The notes: generated by a model not told the origin, from the sequence alone. DNA of 64,000 nt from Dehalococcoidia bacterium (GCA_965207935.1 CBDBNM010000002.1:1129179-1193178), one strand, 5' to 3'; shown: positions 28,356-37,197, numbered from the stretch's first letter. Numbers and translations: made by a program.

Positions 28356-29321
28356 ATGAAAGTCAGCCGCATTCATGAACAGGGTCCACCGGAGGTCCTG
28401 AAGTACGAGGACAGTCCCGAGCCTTCGCCCGCCGAAGGTGAAGTGCTGGTGAAGGTGGAGGCCATCGGCGTCAACTTCACCGATGTCAACAGCCGGTCCG
28501 GGGCCAGCCCCGTTCCAGCCCTGCCGGCAGTCCTGGGGCGGGAAGCCGGAGGCGTGGTTGCAGCCCTGGGCAGCGGGGTGAGTGGGTTCCAGGTTGGGGA
28601 TGCTGTTGGATGGTGCGGCGTTACCGGTTCATATGCCGAGCAGGTGGCAGTGCCCTCCGGCGCCCTGGTGAAGCTGCCCCAGGGAATAGACACCAGGACC
28701 GCGGCGGCAGCCCTTCTCCAAGGTATGACAGCCCACTACCTGGCTTTCAGCATCTGCTCCTTGGGGTCCGGGGATGCGGCGCTGGTTCACGCCGGGGCGG
28801 GTGGCACAGGCCTGCTCCTGATCCAGATGGCCAAGCGCACCGGGGCGACCGTCTATACGACAGTCTCCACCGAAGAGAAGGCTGCCCTGGCAAAGGAAGC
28901 AGGGGCGGACGTGGTGATCAACTACGCTACCGAGAACTTCGCCGATAAGGTCATGGAAGGAACCGGCGGCAAGGGAGCCAAGGCTGTCTTCGATGCTGTG
29001 GGACAGACCACCTTCGACGGGAGCTTGGCTTCCCTGTCCCGCCGGGGCTACCTGGCGCTGTACGGCCAAGCCAGCGGCCCGGTGCCTCCCGTGAGCCGGG
29101 CCAGCATCCGCAGCTCCTCCTACCTGACGTGCCCCACCCTGGGCGACTACACCGCCACCCGGGAAGAGCTGGAGTGGCGCTCTTCCGAGGTGCTGGGATG
29201 GGTCGCCAGCGGCCAGCTTAAGCTGCGCATCGGGGGCACCTTCGGCCTGTCCGAGGCCCATGAGGCCCACCGCCAGCTCCAGGGCAGGGAGTCCACAGGA
29301 AAGCTGGTGCTGGTCCCCTAG
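28356..29321 (+). CDS. NADPH:quinone oxidoreductase / zinc-type alcohol dehydrogenase family
   Basis: Track ORF from 28311; the ATG at 28356 follows AGGAGG. MDR-family pattern (GVNFTD, HAGAGGTG, GKLVLVP). Confidence 0.88.
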   Translation: MKVSRIHEQGPPEVLKYEDSPEPSPAEGEVLVKVEAIGVNFTDVNSRSGASPVPALPAVLGREAGGVVAALGSGVSGFQVGDAVGWCGVTGSYAEQVAVPSGALVKLPQGIDTRTAAAALLQGMTAHYLAFSICSLGSGDAALVHAGAGGTGLLLIQMAKRTGATVYTTVSTEEKAALAKEAGADVVINYATENFADKVMEGTGGKGAKAVFDAVGQTTFDGSLASLSRRGYLALYGQASGPVPPVSRASIRSSSYLTCPTLGDYTATREELEWRSSEVLGWVASGQLKLRIGGTFGLSEAHEAHRQLQGRESTGKLVLVP

Positions 29322-29326
29322 CATCC

Positions 29327-29971
29327 ATGAAGGCTGTCATCTTCGACATGGATGGCGTCCTCGTAGATAGCGAACCCATCCATGCGGCGGTGTTCGACGG
29401 TATCCTGGCCGACGAGGGCTTCGACTATTCGCCGGAAGATGTGCTGGAAGAAGGGTTGGGGAGGACCTTTCCATCCCAGATGGGGGAGCTGATTGGCCGC
29501 CTTGGCCTGGACAAGCCCCTTGAGCACTACGCCGCCCTGTTCGAGGAAGGCATTCTACGTCGCTTGTCGGAAGAAGCTGTGCCATCCTCAGGAGCAGCCA
29601 AACTGCTGGATGACCTGAAGGGTCGAGGGTACAAGCTGGCGCTGGCTTCATCTTCGGCCAGCGGGATCGTGCATGGCACGCTGGCGCTACTGGGCTTCCA
29701 GGACCGGTTCGAGGTCATAGTGTCCGGCGACATGGCGGCGGCCAGCAAGCCTGCCCCGGACATCTTCCTCCTGACGGCCCAAAAGCTGGGTGTCCAGCCG
29801 GGAGAGTGCATCGTCGTCGAAGATTCCCCGCGGGGTGTGGAGGGTGCCAAGAGGGCGGGAATGTTCGTGGTTGCGGTGCGCACCGACCCGGTGCCCGAGT
29901 CCGAGATAGCAGGCGCAGACAGGGTGATCAACTCCCTCGACGAGTTCCCCTGGGATGTCCTGGGAGCTTAG
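29327..29971 (+). CDS. HAD-superfamily hydrolase (beta-phosphoglucomutase-like subfamily IA)
   Basis: 214 aa. DMDGVLVDSE motif I, then KPAPDIF and VVEDSPRGVEGAKRAGM. Confidence 0.88.
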   Translation: MKAVIFDMDGVLVDSEPIHAAVFDGILADEGFDYSPEDVLEEGLGRTFPSQMGELIGRLGLDKPLEHYAALFEEGILRRLSEEAVPSSGAAKLLDDLKGRGYKLALASSSASGIVHGTLALLGFQDRFEVIVSGDMAAASKPAPDIFLLTAQKLGVQPGECIVVEDSPRGVEGAKRAGMFVVAVRTDPVPESEIAGADRVINSLDEFPWDVLGA

Positions 29972-29994
29972 GAAACACCTCAAATACAGCCCGT

Positions 29995-30105
29995 TGTCCC
30001 CTACCGTCACTCCTGCGACAGCGGGAATCCGGGGGATAAACGGTGCCCCCTCGCCCCTGGAGGGAGAGGGTTGGGGTGAGGGGGCAGGCCCCTCCGTCAT
30101 TCCGG
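29995..30105. repeat. Left remnant of a mosaic repeat unit interrupted by the IS (cluster R4a)
   Basis: Matches the last about 110 nt of the 328-bp unit at 32570-32683, including CCCCCTCGCCCC-N15-GGGGTGAGGGGG. It stops within the ATTGCGGC arm. Confidence 0.85.
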
Positions 30106-30207
30106 TGTCAATGCTAAGTTAGATTTGACCCTTTTCCGCTAAGTTAGAACTGACCCACCTTGTCGTTAAGTCGCCTCCTTTCTGGCAAGCAAGAGTGCCT
30201 GTTGGAT

Positions 30208-31011
30208 TTAGACGTCGCCGGAGCTAGCGGCTTCAGGCGATGTCGATAGCAGTTGATGGGAGGCGAAGAGTCCGGCCTGCCTCTTGCCTTTAAGCCGGTA
30301 GCTCTCGCCTCGGATGTTGAGGACGTGGCTGTGGTGCAGCAGCCGGTCCAGGATGGCCGAGGCGATGACGGTATCGCCCAGAAGCTCACCCCACTCGGCG
30401 AAGCCCTTGTTGGAGGTGAGGATGATGCTGCCCCGCTCATAGCGAGCCGACACCAGGGTGAAGAAGGCGGTGGAGGCGTCCCGGTCGTAAGGCCAGATGC
30501 CGAACTCGTCCACGATGAGTAGCTTGGGCGACAGGTAGACCCGCATGCGCCGTTGGAGGTTGTTCTCCACCCTGGCCTTCCTCAGGTCCTCCATCAGGTC
30601 GTAGGCTCGGACGAAGTAGGCCCCCTGGCTCTTCTCGATGGCCTTGAGCGCTAGGGCCACCGCCAGATGGGTCTTGCCCACACCTGGCGGTCCCAGGAGC
30701 AGCAGGTTGGTGGCTTCAGCGACGAAGGACAGGCCGGCCAGTTCCCGCACCTGTCGCTCGTCGATGGAGGGCTGGAACGAGAAGTCGAACTGCTCCAAGG
30801 TCCGGTGGAAGGGGAGGTGAGCCAGCTTCGTCCTGGTGGACATGTACCGCTCCTTCCGGGCGGCCACTTCCACGCCGAGTAGCTCTGCCAGCATCTCGGG
30901 GTAGGTCAGTTTCTTGGTGGCCGCAGCGTCCAAGGAGTTGTCCAGGGCTTCGACGGCCTGCTTGAGGCCCAGCGTCTCCAGGTGCTGGCGAGCCTGTTCC
31001 AGCGCGATCAT
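30208..31011 (-). CDS. istB: IS21-family helper ATPase IstB
   Basis: 267 aa. Walker A LLLLGPPGVGKTHLA and Walker B LLIVDEFG. The start overlaps the istA stop. Confidence 0.95.
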   Translation of the reverse strand: MIALEQARQHLETLGLKQAVEALDNSLDAAATKKLTYPEMLAELLGVEVAARKERYMSTRTKLAHLPFHRTLEQFDFSFQPSIDERQVRELAGLSFVAEATNLLLLGPPGVGKTHLAVALALKAIEKSQGAYFVRAYDLMEDLRKARVENNLQRRMRVYLSPKLLIVDEFGIWPYDRDASTAFFTLVSARYERGSIILTSNKGFAEWGELLGDTVIASAILDRLLHHSHVLNIRGESYRLKGKRQAGLFASHQLLSTSPEAASSGDV

Positions 31012-32243
31012 CGCCCACCTCCCACCGCTGCCAACTCGTACACCTCCAGGGAGCGGCGCTCCACCTGGCCCACAGGGATCTGCACCGCCACGGCTTCCTT
31101 ACGAGGACGATCATCGCCGCCGGGCAGTCCGTCCCACTGGCCCGGCAGTGTGAGGCGCTGACCGGTCCGCTGGGCTTGGGGATGCACCGCCAGCCGCACG
31201 TCGCCCGACCAGACCTCCACCGTACCGGCCCGCACACCCACCTGGACCGTCGAACCCGCCCAGCTCCAGGGCACGCCGTAGCGAGACCTCTCCCAGTGGA
31301 CGTAGCCGTCCCTGGCCACCTTCCGCTCCTCCCGCATGTAGGGCGCAAGGCCCGAACGCGGCGGCAGGCTGCCCAGGTGGGCGAGCTCCTCAGCCAGCAT
31401 CTCTCGGGGGACCCGGTGCGTCGTCCCATGGACTCGCCGATTGGCCACCGCATCGCACCACTCCAGGGCCTGGCGGTTCATGTCTGCGTCGTCGGTGAAG
31501 CGGACACCGGGCCACAGGTTGCCCCGGACGTACTTCACGCCGCTCTCCACCTTGCCCTTCGTCTGCGCTCGGTAGGGTCGGCACAGACGGAGGTCGAAGC
31601 CCATTCGCAGTGAGAAGTCCAGCATCCGGCTGTTCCACTCCGGCCTGCCCTCCCTGTCACGCCCCAGGACCACCACCTTGGCGTTGTCGTACAGGCAGCG
31701 GCGGGGAACACCACCGAAGTACTCGAAGGCGTTCAGATGGCACCTGATGAAGGTCGCCACGTCGGCGCGCCGGACGAACTCCACGTAGATGGTCCGAGAC
31801 CAGCTCAGCACCATCACGAAGGCCCAGACCCGGTGCTTGCGCCCGTCCTCTCCGACATAGGCGAAGCTGCCCCAGTCCACCTGTGCCTGCTCGCCTGGCG
31901 CCGTCTCGAACCGCACCGTCGCACGGGGCTGACGCGGCCGACGCCGAGGCCGCACGTAGTTGGTCAGCGTCGGATAGCTGCCGTCGTAGCCCAACTCCCG
32001 GATCTCCCGCAGCAGCACCACGCAGTTGTCCACTCCCGCCGACAGCCGACCATCTATGTGACCCTTGTATGGGTCCAGCTTCGACCCCTGCTTCTCTCGC
32101 CGCTTGGCCTTGGGCACCTCGTCGGAGCGCACGTACTTGCGCACGGTGTTCCGGGAAATCCCCAACTCCCTCGATATCCCTCGGATCGAGCTTCCATCGC
32201 CCTTCAACTCGTATAACTCTCTCACTAACCCACCTCCTATCAT
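31008..32243 (-). CDS. istA: IS21-family transposase IstA
   Basis: 411 aa. N-terminal HTH (SIRGISRELGISRNTVRKYV) and a DDE core (QVDWG...VMVLSWSR...LYDNAKVVV). Confidence 0.95.
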   Translation of the reverse strand: MIGGGLVRELYELKGDGSSIRGISRELGISRNTVRKYVRSDEVPKAKRREKQGSKLDPYKGHIDGRLSAGVDNCVVLLREIRELGYDGSYPTLTNYVRPRRRPRQPRATVRFETAPGEQAQVDWGSFAYVGEDGRKHRVWAFVMVLSWSRTIYVEFVRRADVATFIRCHLNAFEYFGGVPRRCLYDNAKVVVLGRDREGRPEWNSRMLDFSLRMGFDLRLCRPYRAQTKGKVESGVKYVRGNLWPGVRFTDDADMNRQALEWCDAVANRRVHGTTHRVPREMLAEELAHLGSLPPRSGLAPYMREERKVARDGYVHWERSRYGVPWSWAGSTVQVGVRAGTVEVWSGDVRLAVHPQAQRTGQRLTLPGQWDGLPGGDDRPRKEAVAVQIPVGQVERRSLEVYELAAVGGGR

Positions 32244-32351
32244 TTGACTTGCTGCACCTCCTAATCGGTTTCCCGACGAAGATGCGTCCGCTATCGGGGT
32301 GGGTCAATTCCAAATTAGCGCTACTGGGTCAGTTTAGAGTTAGCACTAACA

Positions 32352-33235
32352 CCGGCGGAGGCCGCAACCCAGGAAACCCCGGGACTGGGCCAGGCTGGCT
32401 ATGATGAAAGGCGTGCCCCCCGGTTTGTTCTGAGGGAAATCGAAGGAGAACCGACAGGAGCGCCGGTGAGTTGCGAGGGAAAGGATCGGCCCCTTGACAA
32501 AGGCCATCCTGTATCCCGACAACGCTCCGTCCTGGATTGCGGCCTACGCCGCAATGACGAAAAGCGGGGGTGCCCCAAATACCCCCACTCCCGCGAAAGC
32601 GGGAATCCGGGGGATAAGCGGTGCCCCCTCGCCCCTGGAGGGAGAGGGTTGGGGTGAGGGGGCAGGCCCCTCCGTCATTGCGGCGGAGGCCGCAACCCAG
32701 GAAACCCCGGGACTGGGCCAGGCTGGCTATGATGAAAGGCGTGCCCCCCGGTTTGTTCTGAGGGAAATCGAAGGAGAACCGACAGGAGCGCCGGTGAGTT
32801 GCGAGGGAAAGGATCGGCCCCTTGACAAAGGCCATCCTGTATCCCGACAACGCTCCGTCCTGGATTGCGGCCTACGCCGCAATGACGAAAAGCGGGGGTG
32901 CCCCAAATACCCCCACTCCCGCGAAAGCGGGAATCCGGGGGATAAGCGGTGCCCCCTCGCCCCTGGAGGGAGAGGGTTGGGGTGAGGAGGACAGGCCCCT
33001 CCGTCATTGCGGCGGAGGCCGCAATCCAGGAAACCCCGGGACCGGGCCAGGCTGGCTATGATGAAAGGCGTGCCCCCCGGTTCGTCCTGAGGGAAATCGA
33101 AGGAGAACCGGGGGCGTAAAGTAAGCCACGGTAGGTTCCCGCGAAAGCGGGAACGACGGAAGAGGGAGTGGGGAAGAGCGACTCTGGGCTGTGTCACCCT
33201 CCCCTTAATCCCCTCCCATCAAGGGAGGGGGATAT
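32352..33235. repeat. Tandem array of a 328-bp composite repeat unit (cluster R4b) plus degenerate tail
   Basis: Units occupy 32356-32683 and 32684-33012, nearly identical, with a partial third copy from 33013 to about 33110. The tail carries TTCCCGCGAAAGCGGGAA (about 33136) and CCCCTCCC-N5-GGGAGGGG (about 33208-33228). Confidence 0.9.
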
Positions 33236-33283
33236 GCTGTCCCCAGGCGCGAGTTTCTAAAGGGGGTAGGGATAAGGGCAGGG

Positions 33284-34084
33284 CTAGCGGGTGTAGACTG
33301 GCAGGTAGCCCGGCCGGTAGTCGCGGTCTTCCCATGAATGGTCGTCGGGGTCCCAGACGTAGGGCAGGTGGACCATCTCCCCCGGCGTTGTCATGGCCTC
33401 CATCGCCCCGAAAGCATCCTTCAGGATGGCGCGCTGAAGCTCTGGCTCGTTGGGCTTACCCGTTTGATGGCCCAGGGGGAAGTTGACGAACACCGAGCGG
33501 GGAGGCTTCACCGCCTGGGTGATGTCCAGGGCTGACGTCATGGACAGGGTGGGTATCCCCGCTTCTTCCACACCCCTGGCGATCAGCCCCACGGACTGAT
33601 GGCACACCGGTCAGGCAGGCACCAGGAACAGCACACCCACCTGGCGGCTGAGCATCTGCTCCACCACCATGGGGACGACCTCGTTACGCACCCGGCGGGC
33701 TGAGTAGATGCCCCCCATCAGAGAATAGGCCGGGTCCGCCAGCTCCCCGATGGTGCCCTCGGATTCCAACTCCCGCAGCCTCTCCAAGGGGAACACGCAG
33801 TTGGGATCGACGCCGGCGTCGTCGGTCAGATAGCCGAAGTGGGACACCCGCAGCCGGGCGTAGTCCACATCCTTCGGTATCTCGTGGCAGGAAGTGTCGT
33901 CCTTGTAGTGGAAAGGAGCTTGGTCCTCCATGTGGATGCCGCCCGTGGACAGGAGGGCTACCCTGCTCTCGGCTAGGGGGGAACGTAGAGGCGTCCATGG
34001 AGCATCTTCGTTGACCACCCATCGGTAGGGCAGGTAGCTGGCATACATTTCCCGGGTGCGGGGGATGTAGTCGATGGGTGACAT
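33284..34084 (-). CDS. GrdB/PrdB-family reductase-like protein, proposed selenoprotein (in-frame TGA at 33611-33613 read as Sec)
   Basis: Track ORFs 33611..34084 and 33284..33607 are in the same frame, separated by TGA plus CCG. The joined 266-aa product reads ...FLVPA-U-PVCHQSVGLIARGVEEAGIPT... The family call comes from recalled patterns (YIPRT..., VFPLERLRELE, PPRSVFVNFPLGHQTGKP). Confidence 0.65.
33579..33603 (-). promoter_or_regulatory. Candidate bacterial SECIS stem-loop
   Basis: The mRNA 8-32 nt after the UGA folds as GCCAUCAGUC-CGUGG-GGCUGAUCGC. That is 10 stem positions: 8 Watson-Crick pairs, 1 G.U and 1 C.C mismatch. The apical loop contains GU. Confidence 0.4.
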
Positions 34085-34100
34085 GCGCTCTTTTCAACTC

Positions 34101-35795
34101 CTACTGCTGGGGCTGCTTCATCACATCGCCCAAGCGGGCAGGCCGGGGCATCTCGTCGGGATCGACGGGCACCTCTATAATGCTGGGGACGCTTGCGTTC
34201 ATCGCTTCCCTGAAGGCGTCTCCTATCTGGTCAGCCTCTTCCACCCTGATGCCGATGGCGCCGAATGAGCGGGCGTACTGCTCGAAGTCGGGGCTGCCCA
34301 CATCGGCCCCAACGTAGCGTTCGTTGAATGCGTACTTCTGGTAGGCCTTTTCTGACCCCCAGCAGCCGTTGTTCATGATAATCGTGATCACGTTCAGGCC
34401 GTAGCGCACTGCCGTCTCCATCTCCTGGGCGTTGAACAGGAACCCGCCGTCCCCGTTCATGTTGACTACCGTGCGGTTCGGCAGAGCGAACTTGGCGCCC
34501 AGGGCCTCGGGGAATCCGAAGCCAAGTCCTCCCAGGTCCAGGGAGATGAGCAGGCTGCGAGGGTTGTCGAACACCAGCCTGTCCTGCCCGAAGGCGGGCG
34601 TCAGCCCGGCATCCAGGGAGATGATAGCGTCGGTGGGGATGACCTTGCGCAGCTCATGGTAGGCGCGCTGGGGTTTGAGGGGCATGGTGTTCAATGAGCC
34701 TTCGGAGTCCAGGCGCTCCCAGCGACGCCGGGAAAGCTCCTTGACCTCCTCCAGCCATTCGCCCCGGATAGGCGCTTCCGCTGCCCTGAGAGACCGGAGG
34801 AGCTGGGTGGCCACGCCCTTAGCATCGCCCTGGATGCCCACGGCGACAGGGTAGTTCCTGCCGATCTCGTTGGCATCGATGTCCACCTGGACTATTCGGG
34901 TTTCCGGCTGGATGTAGCGGTTGTCGTAGAAGGTGGTGCTGTGGGACAGACGGGTGCCCAGCGCCAGCAGCACATCGGCCTTGCGCACCGCCTCGGCGGC
35001 TTCGGGCGCACCCAAGCGTCCTATGTGCCCCAGGAACTGCGGGTGGTTGTTGGGAACAGCATCTGCCCGTCCATAAGATGTCACCAGGGCGGCGCCGGTG
35101 ATCTCCGCCAGTTCCACAGCTTCCTGGGAGGCCAAGCTCCAGTCCACCCCGCCGCCGGCCATGATTACGGGCCGTTGCCCGGAACGGAGCACCTGGACAG
35201 CCCTCTCCACAAGATCTTCGTCCCCCTGAACCCGGCTCTGGCCGATGCGGTAGCTCCCAGGATCGAGGGCCGTGGCCTGCACCTCCGTGCCCACCATTAT
35301 GTCTCTGGGAAGGTCCACCAGCACAGGCCCCATCTTCCCGGAAGTGGCTACCCGAAAGGCGTGCTGCAGAAGCTCAGGGATACGCTCGGGCACGGTCACC
35401 TGGAAGGCCGCCTTCGTGATGGGACGGAACAGGGACACCTGGTCGAACTCCTGGGTGGAGTCGCGGTGCTGGTGCTCCCTGGATGGCGATGGGGCCAGGA
35501 TAACCATCGGAGAATGGGCAACGTAGGCAGCCGCCACCCCATAGGTCAGGTTGATGACCCCGGGGCCGTTGGTCACCAGGCAGACCGAGGGCCGGCCGGT
35601 AACCCGGGCATAGCCGTCAGCCATAAGAGCCGCTGCTTGTTCATGGCGGACACCGACGAACTGGATGTCCGTCCGGTCGTACATGGCATCCAAAATATCC
35701 AGAAAGGCGGCGCCCACAATGCCGAACACATGGCGTACGCCTTCCTGCCTGAGGGCTTCCACGACGGCGTGGCCGACGCTGGTTGTTGGAGACAT
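34101..35795 (-). CDS. Thiamine diphosphate-dependent enzyme (acetolactate synthase / sulfoacetaldehyde acetyltransferase-like)
   Basis: 564 aa. N-terminal PYR domain (GVRHEQAAALMADGYARVTGRP) and C-terminal ThDP motif (GDGGFLFNAQEMETAVRYGLNV). Ends 16 nt before the GrdB-like start. Confidence 0.88.
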   Translation of the reverse strand: MSPTTSVGHAVVEALRQEGVRHVFGIVGAAFLDILDAMYDRTDIQFVGVRHEQAAALMADGYARVTGRPSVCLVTNGPGVINLTYGVAAAYVAHSPMVILAPSPSREHQHRDSTQEFDQVSLFRPITKAAFQVTVPERIPELLQHAFRVATSGKMGPVLVDLPRDIMVGTEVQATALDPGSYRIGQSRVQGDEDLVERAVQVLRSGQRPVIMAGGGVDWSLASQEAVELAEITGAALVTSYGRADAVPNNHPQFLGHIGRLGAPEAAEAVRKADVLLALGTRLSHSTTFYDNRYIQPETRIVQVDIDANEIGRNYPVAVGIQGDAKGVATQLLRSLRAAEAPIRGEWLEEVKELSRRRWERLDSEGSLNTMPLKPQRAYHELRKVIPTDAIISLDAGLTPAFGQDRLVFDNPRSLLISLDLGGLGFGFPEALGAKFALPNRTVVNMNGDGGFLFNAQEMETAVRYGLNVITIIMNNGCWGSEKAYQKYAFNERYVGADVGSPDFEQYARSFGAIGIRVEEADQIGDAFREAMNASVPSIIEVPVDPDEMPRPARLGDVMKQPQQ

Positions 35796-35844
35796 GATGG
35801 TCCTCTTGGTACCTATGCGGAATGCCGGGTCAAAGAATGACAGG

Positions 35845-35873
35845 ATTCAAGCATCCGCGTAGGTGCCTGTCAA
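35845..35873 (-). promoter_or_regulatory. Candidate promoter of the ThDP-enzyme/GrdB-like operon
   Basis: On the minus strand, TTGACA (35873-35868), a 17-nt spacer and TTGAAT (35850-35845). AAGAGGA lies before the ATG at 35795. Confidence 0.3.
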
Positions 35874-35956
35874 TAGGCTGTCCTGCGGCTCAAGGGTCGG
35901 GAGAAAGTGCTTCGGACAAACTTTGCAAAGAAGCATCAAAACTGTCCGGGAGACCT

Positions 35957-35985
35957 GAGACACGCTGTACTAATTGCGTTATAAT
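35957..35985 (+). promoter_or_regulatory. Candidate promoter of the amino-acid ABC transporter operon
   Basis: GAGACA (35957-35962), a 17-nt spacer and TATAAT (35980-35985). Confidence 0.3.
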
Positions 35986-36066
35986 GTTCACTTGTTCGGC
36001 GGACTGCCGCGGAAGCGCCGGTCTCCGAGCAGACACTTTCACTTCAGGAAAGGAACGGATCGGGAG

Positions 36067-37134
36067 ATGCTGAAGTACAAGGTATACATCATGGTTGCGG
36101 TTCTCGTAGCTCTGGCGGCAACCCTCGCGGCGTGCGGTGGGGATGGCGATGGCGAAGAGAGCGGCAGACTACAGGCTGTCCAGGACCGCGGCGAGGTCAT
36201 CTGTGCCAGCAGAAACGACGTCCCGGGGTATGGCTCCCTGGACGCGGCGGGGAACAACGTAGGCTTTGACATCGATCTGTGCAGGGCGCTGGCGGCCGCT
36301 GTACTGGGTGATCCGAATGCCATACAGATCAGGCTGATCACAGCTGCCGAGCGTGGGCCGACCATCCAGTCGGGTGAGGTTGACATGCTCGTGCGCACAG
36401 TTACCTGGACAACCTCCCGGGATTCCCAGTGGGGCAACTATGCCCAGACCATGTTCTACGATGGCCAAGGGTTCATGGTACGGGAGGACGAAGGCTTGGG
36501 CAGCGCCCTGGACCTTAAGGATGCCACCGTTTGTGTCACCCAGGGAACGACTACTGAGCTTAACCTGCAGGACTTCTCGAACCAGAACGACCTGAACCTA
36601 ACCGTTCTGACATTCGAGGACACCGACGCGGTGGTCGCGGCTTACGACGCCGGGCAGTGCAACTCCTTCACCAACGACCGGTCCCAGCTTGCAGCTCTGC
36701 GCACAGCTCTGGCCAACCCCGGAGACCATGTGATCCTGCCTGAGACGATCTCTGAAGAGCCTCTGGGTCCCGTGGTCCCCCACGGCGACGACCAGTGGTT
36801 CGACATCGTCAAGACCGTGATGGGCATGCTCATCTACGCTGAGGCGTATGGGGTCACAATGGATAGTGTGCCGAGCTCCGCGACCGGCGACACCAAGGTT
36901 GACCGTCTATTCGGCTTGGGAGGCTCCTTCGGCCAGGACAGCCTGGGTCTCAAGGAAACTGTAGCCCAGGATGTAATCAGGGCCGTCGGCAACTACGGCG
37001 AGATATATGCCCGGAACCTTGGCCCCGACGGGATCAACCTTCCGCGCGATGGCGGGCGCAACGCCTTGTGGGCAGATGCCCCGTGCAGCGACTGCCCCAA
37101 GGGCGGCCAGATCTACGCAGCTCCTCTAAGGTAG
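36067..37134 (+). CDS. Amino-acid ABC transporter substrate-binding lipoprotein (AapJ/BztA-like)
   Basis: Track ORF from 35974. The ATG at 36067 gives MLKYKVYIMVAVLVALAATLAACGG, a lipobox signal. The mature part resembles general L-amino-acid binding proteins. Confidence 0.88.
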   Translation: MLKYKVYIMVAVLVALAATLAACGGDGDGEESGRLQAVQDRGEVICASRNDVPGYGSLDAAGNNVGFDIDLCRALAAAVLGDPNAIQIRLITAAERGPTIQSGEVDMLVRTVTWTTSRDSQWGNYAQTMFYDGQGFMVREDEGLGSALDLKDATVCVTQGTTTELNLQDFSNQNDLNLTVLTFEDTDAVVAAYDAGQCNSFTNDRSQLAALRTALANPGDHVILPETISEEPLGPVVPHGDDQWFDIVKTVMGMLIYAEAYGVTMDSVPSSATGDTKVDRLFGLGGSFGQDSLGLKETVAQDVIRAVGNYGEIYARNLGPDGINLPRDGGRNALWADAPCSDCPKGGQIYAAPLR

Positions 37135-37163
37135 CTGCAGACCTGTACTCTGTGTGAGATACG

Positions 37164-37197
37164 GAGGATACCCCCGGCTCCGGCCGGGGGTATCCTC
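37164..37197 (+). other. Intercistronic 15-bp perfect stem-loop
   Basis: GAGGATACCCCCGGC-tccg-GCCGGGGGTATCCTC, 30 nt after the binding-protein stop. No T-tract follows. Confidence 0.5.

Larger units (their letters stand above)
30106..32351 (-). mobile_element. IS21-family insertion sequence, apparently intact
   Basis: 2246 bp with TGT...ACA ends. Imperfect terminal inverted repeats match at 18 of the first 26 nt. A second internal copy of GCTAA..T..GA..TGACCCACC lies at each end (30139-30160; 32298-32319 inverted). CCGG flanks both sides (30102-30105, 32352-32355). Encodes istA and istB. Confidence 0.9.

Noticed and set aside
30716-31453. 245-aa ORF and other ORFs inside the IS element on alternative frames.
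   Set aside because: They overlap the clearly recognisable istA/istB reading frames, and their products are R/G/P-rich shadows.
32352-33235. Possible CRISPR array.
   Set aside because: The period is 328 bp with no short-repeat/unique-spacer alternation. The whole unit is repeated, and no cas genes are present.
33284-33607. Independent 107-aa gene starting at GTG 33607, with the upstream 157-aa ORF as a separate gene or a pseudogene fragment.
   Set aside because: The two ORFs share one frame, are separated by only two codons, and the second has no RBS. The junction creates a U-x-x-C motif in a family known to contain Sec, and a SECIS-like hairpin follows. A nonsense pseudogene is not fully excluded.
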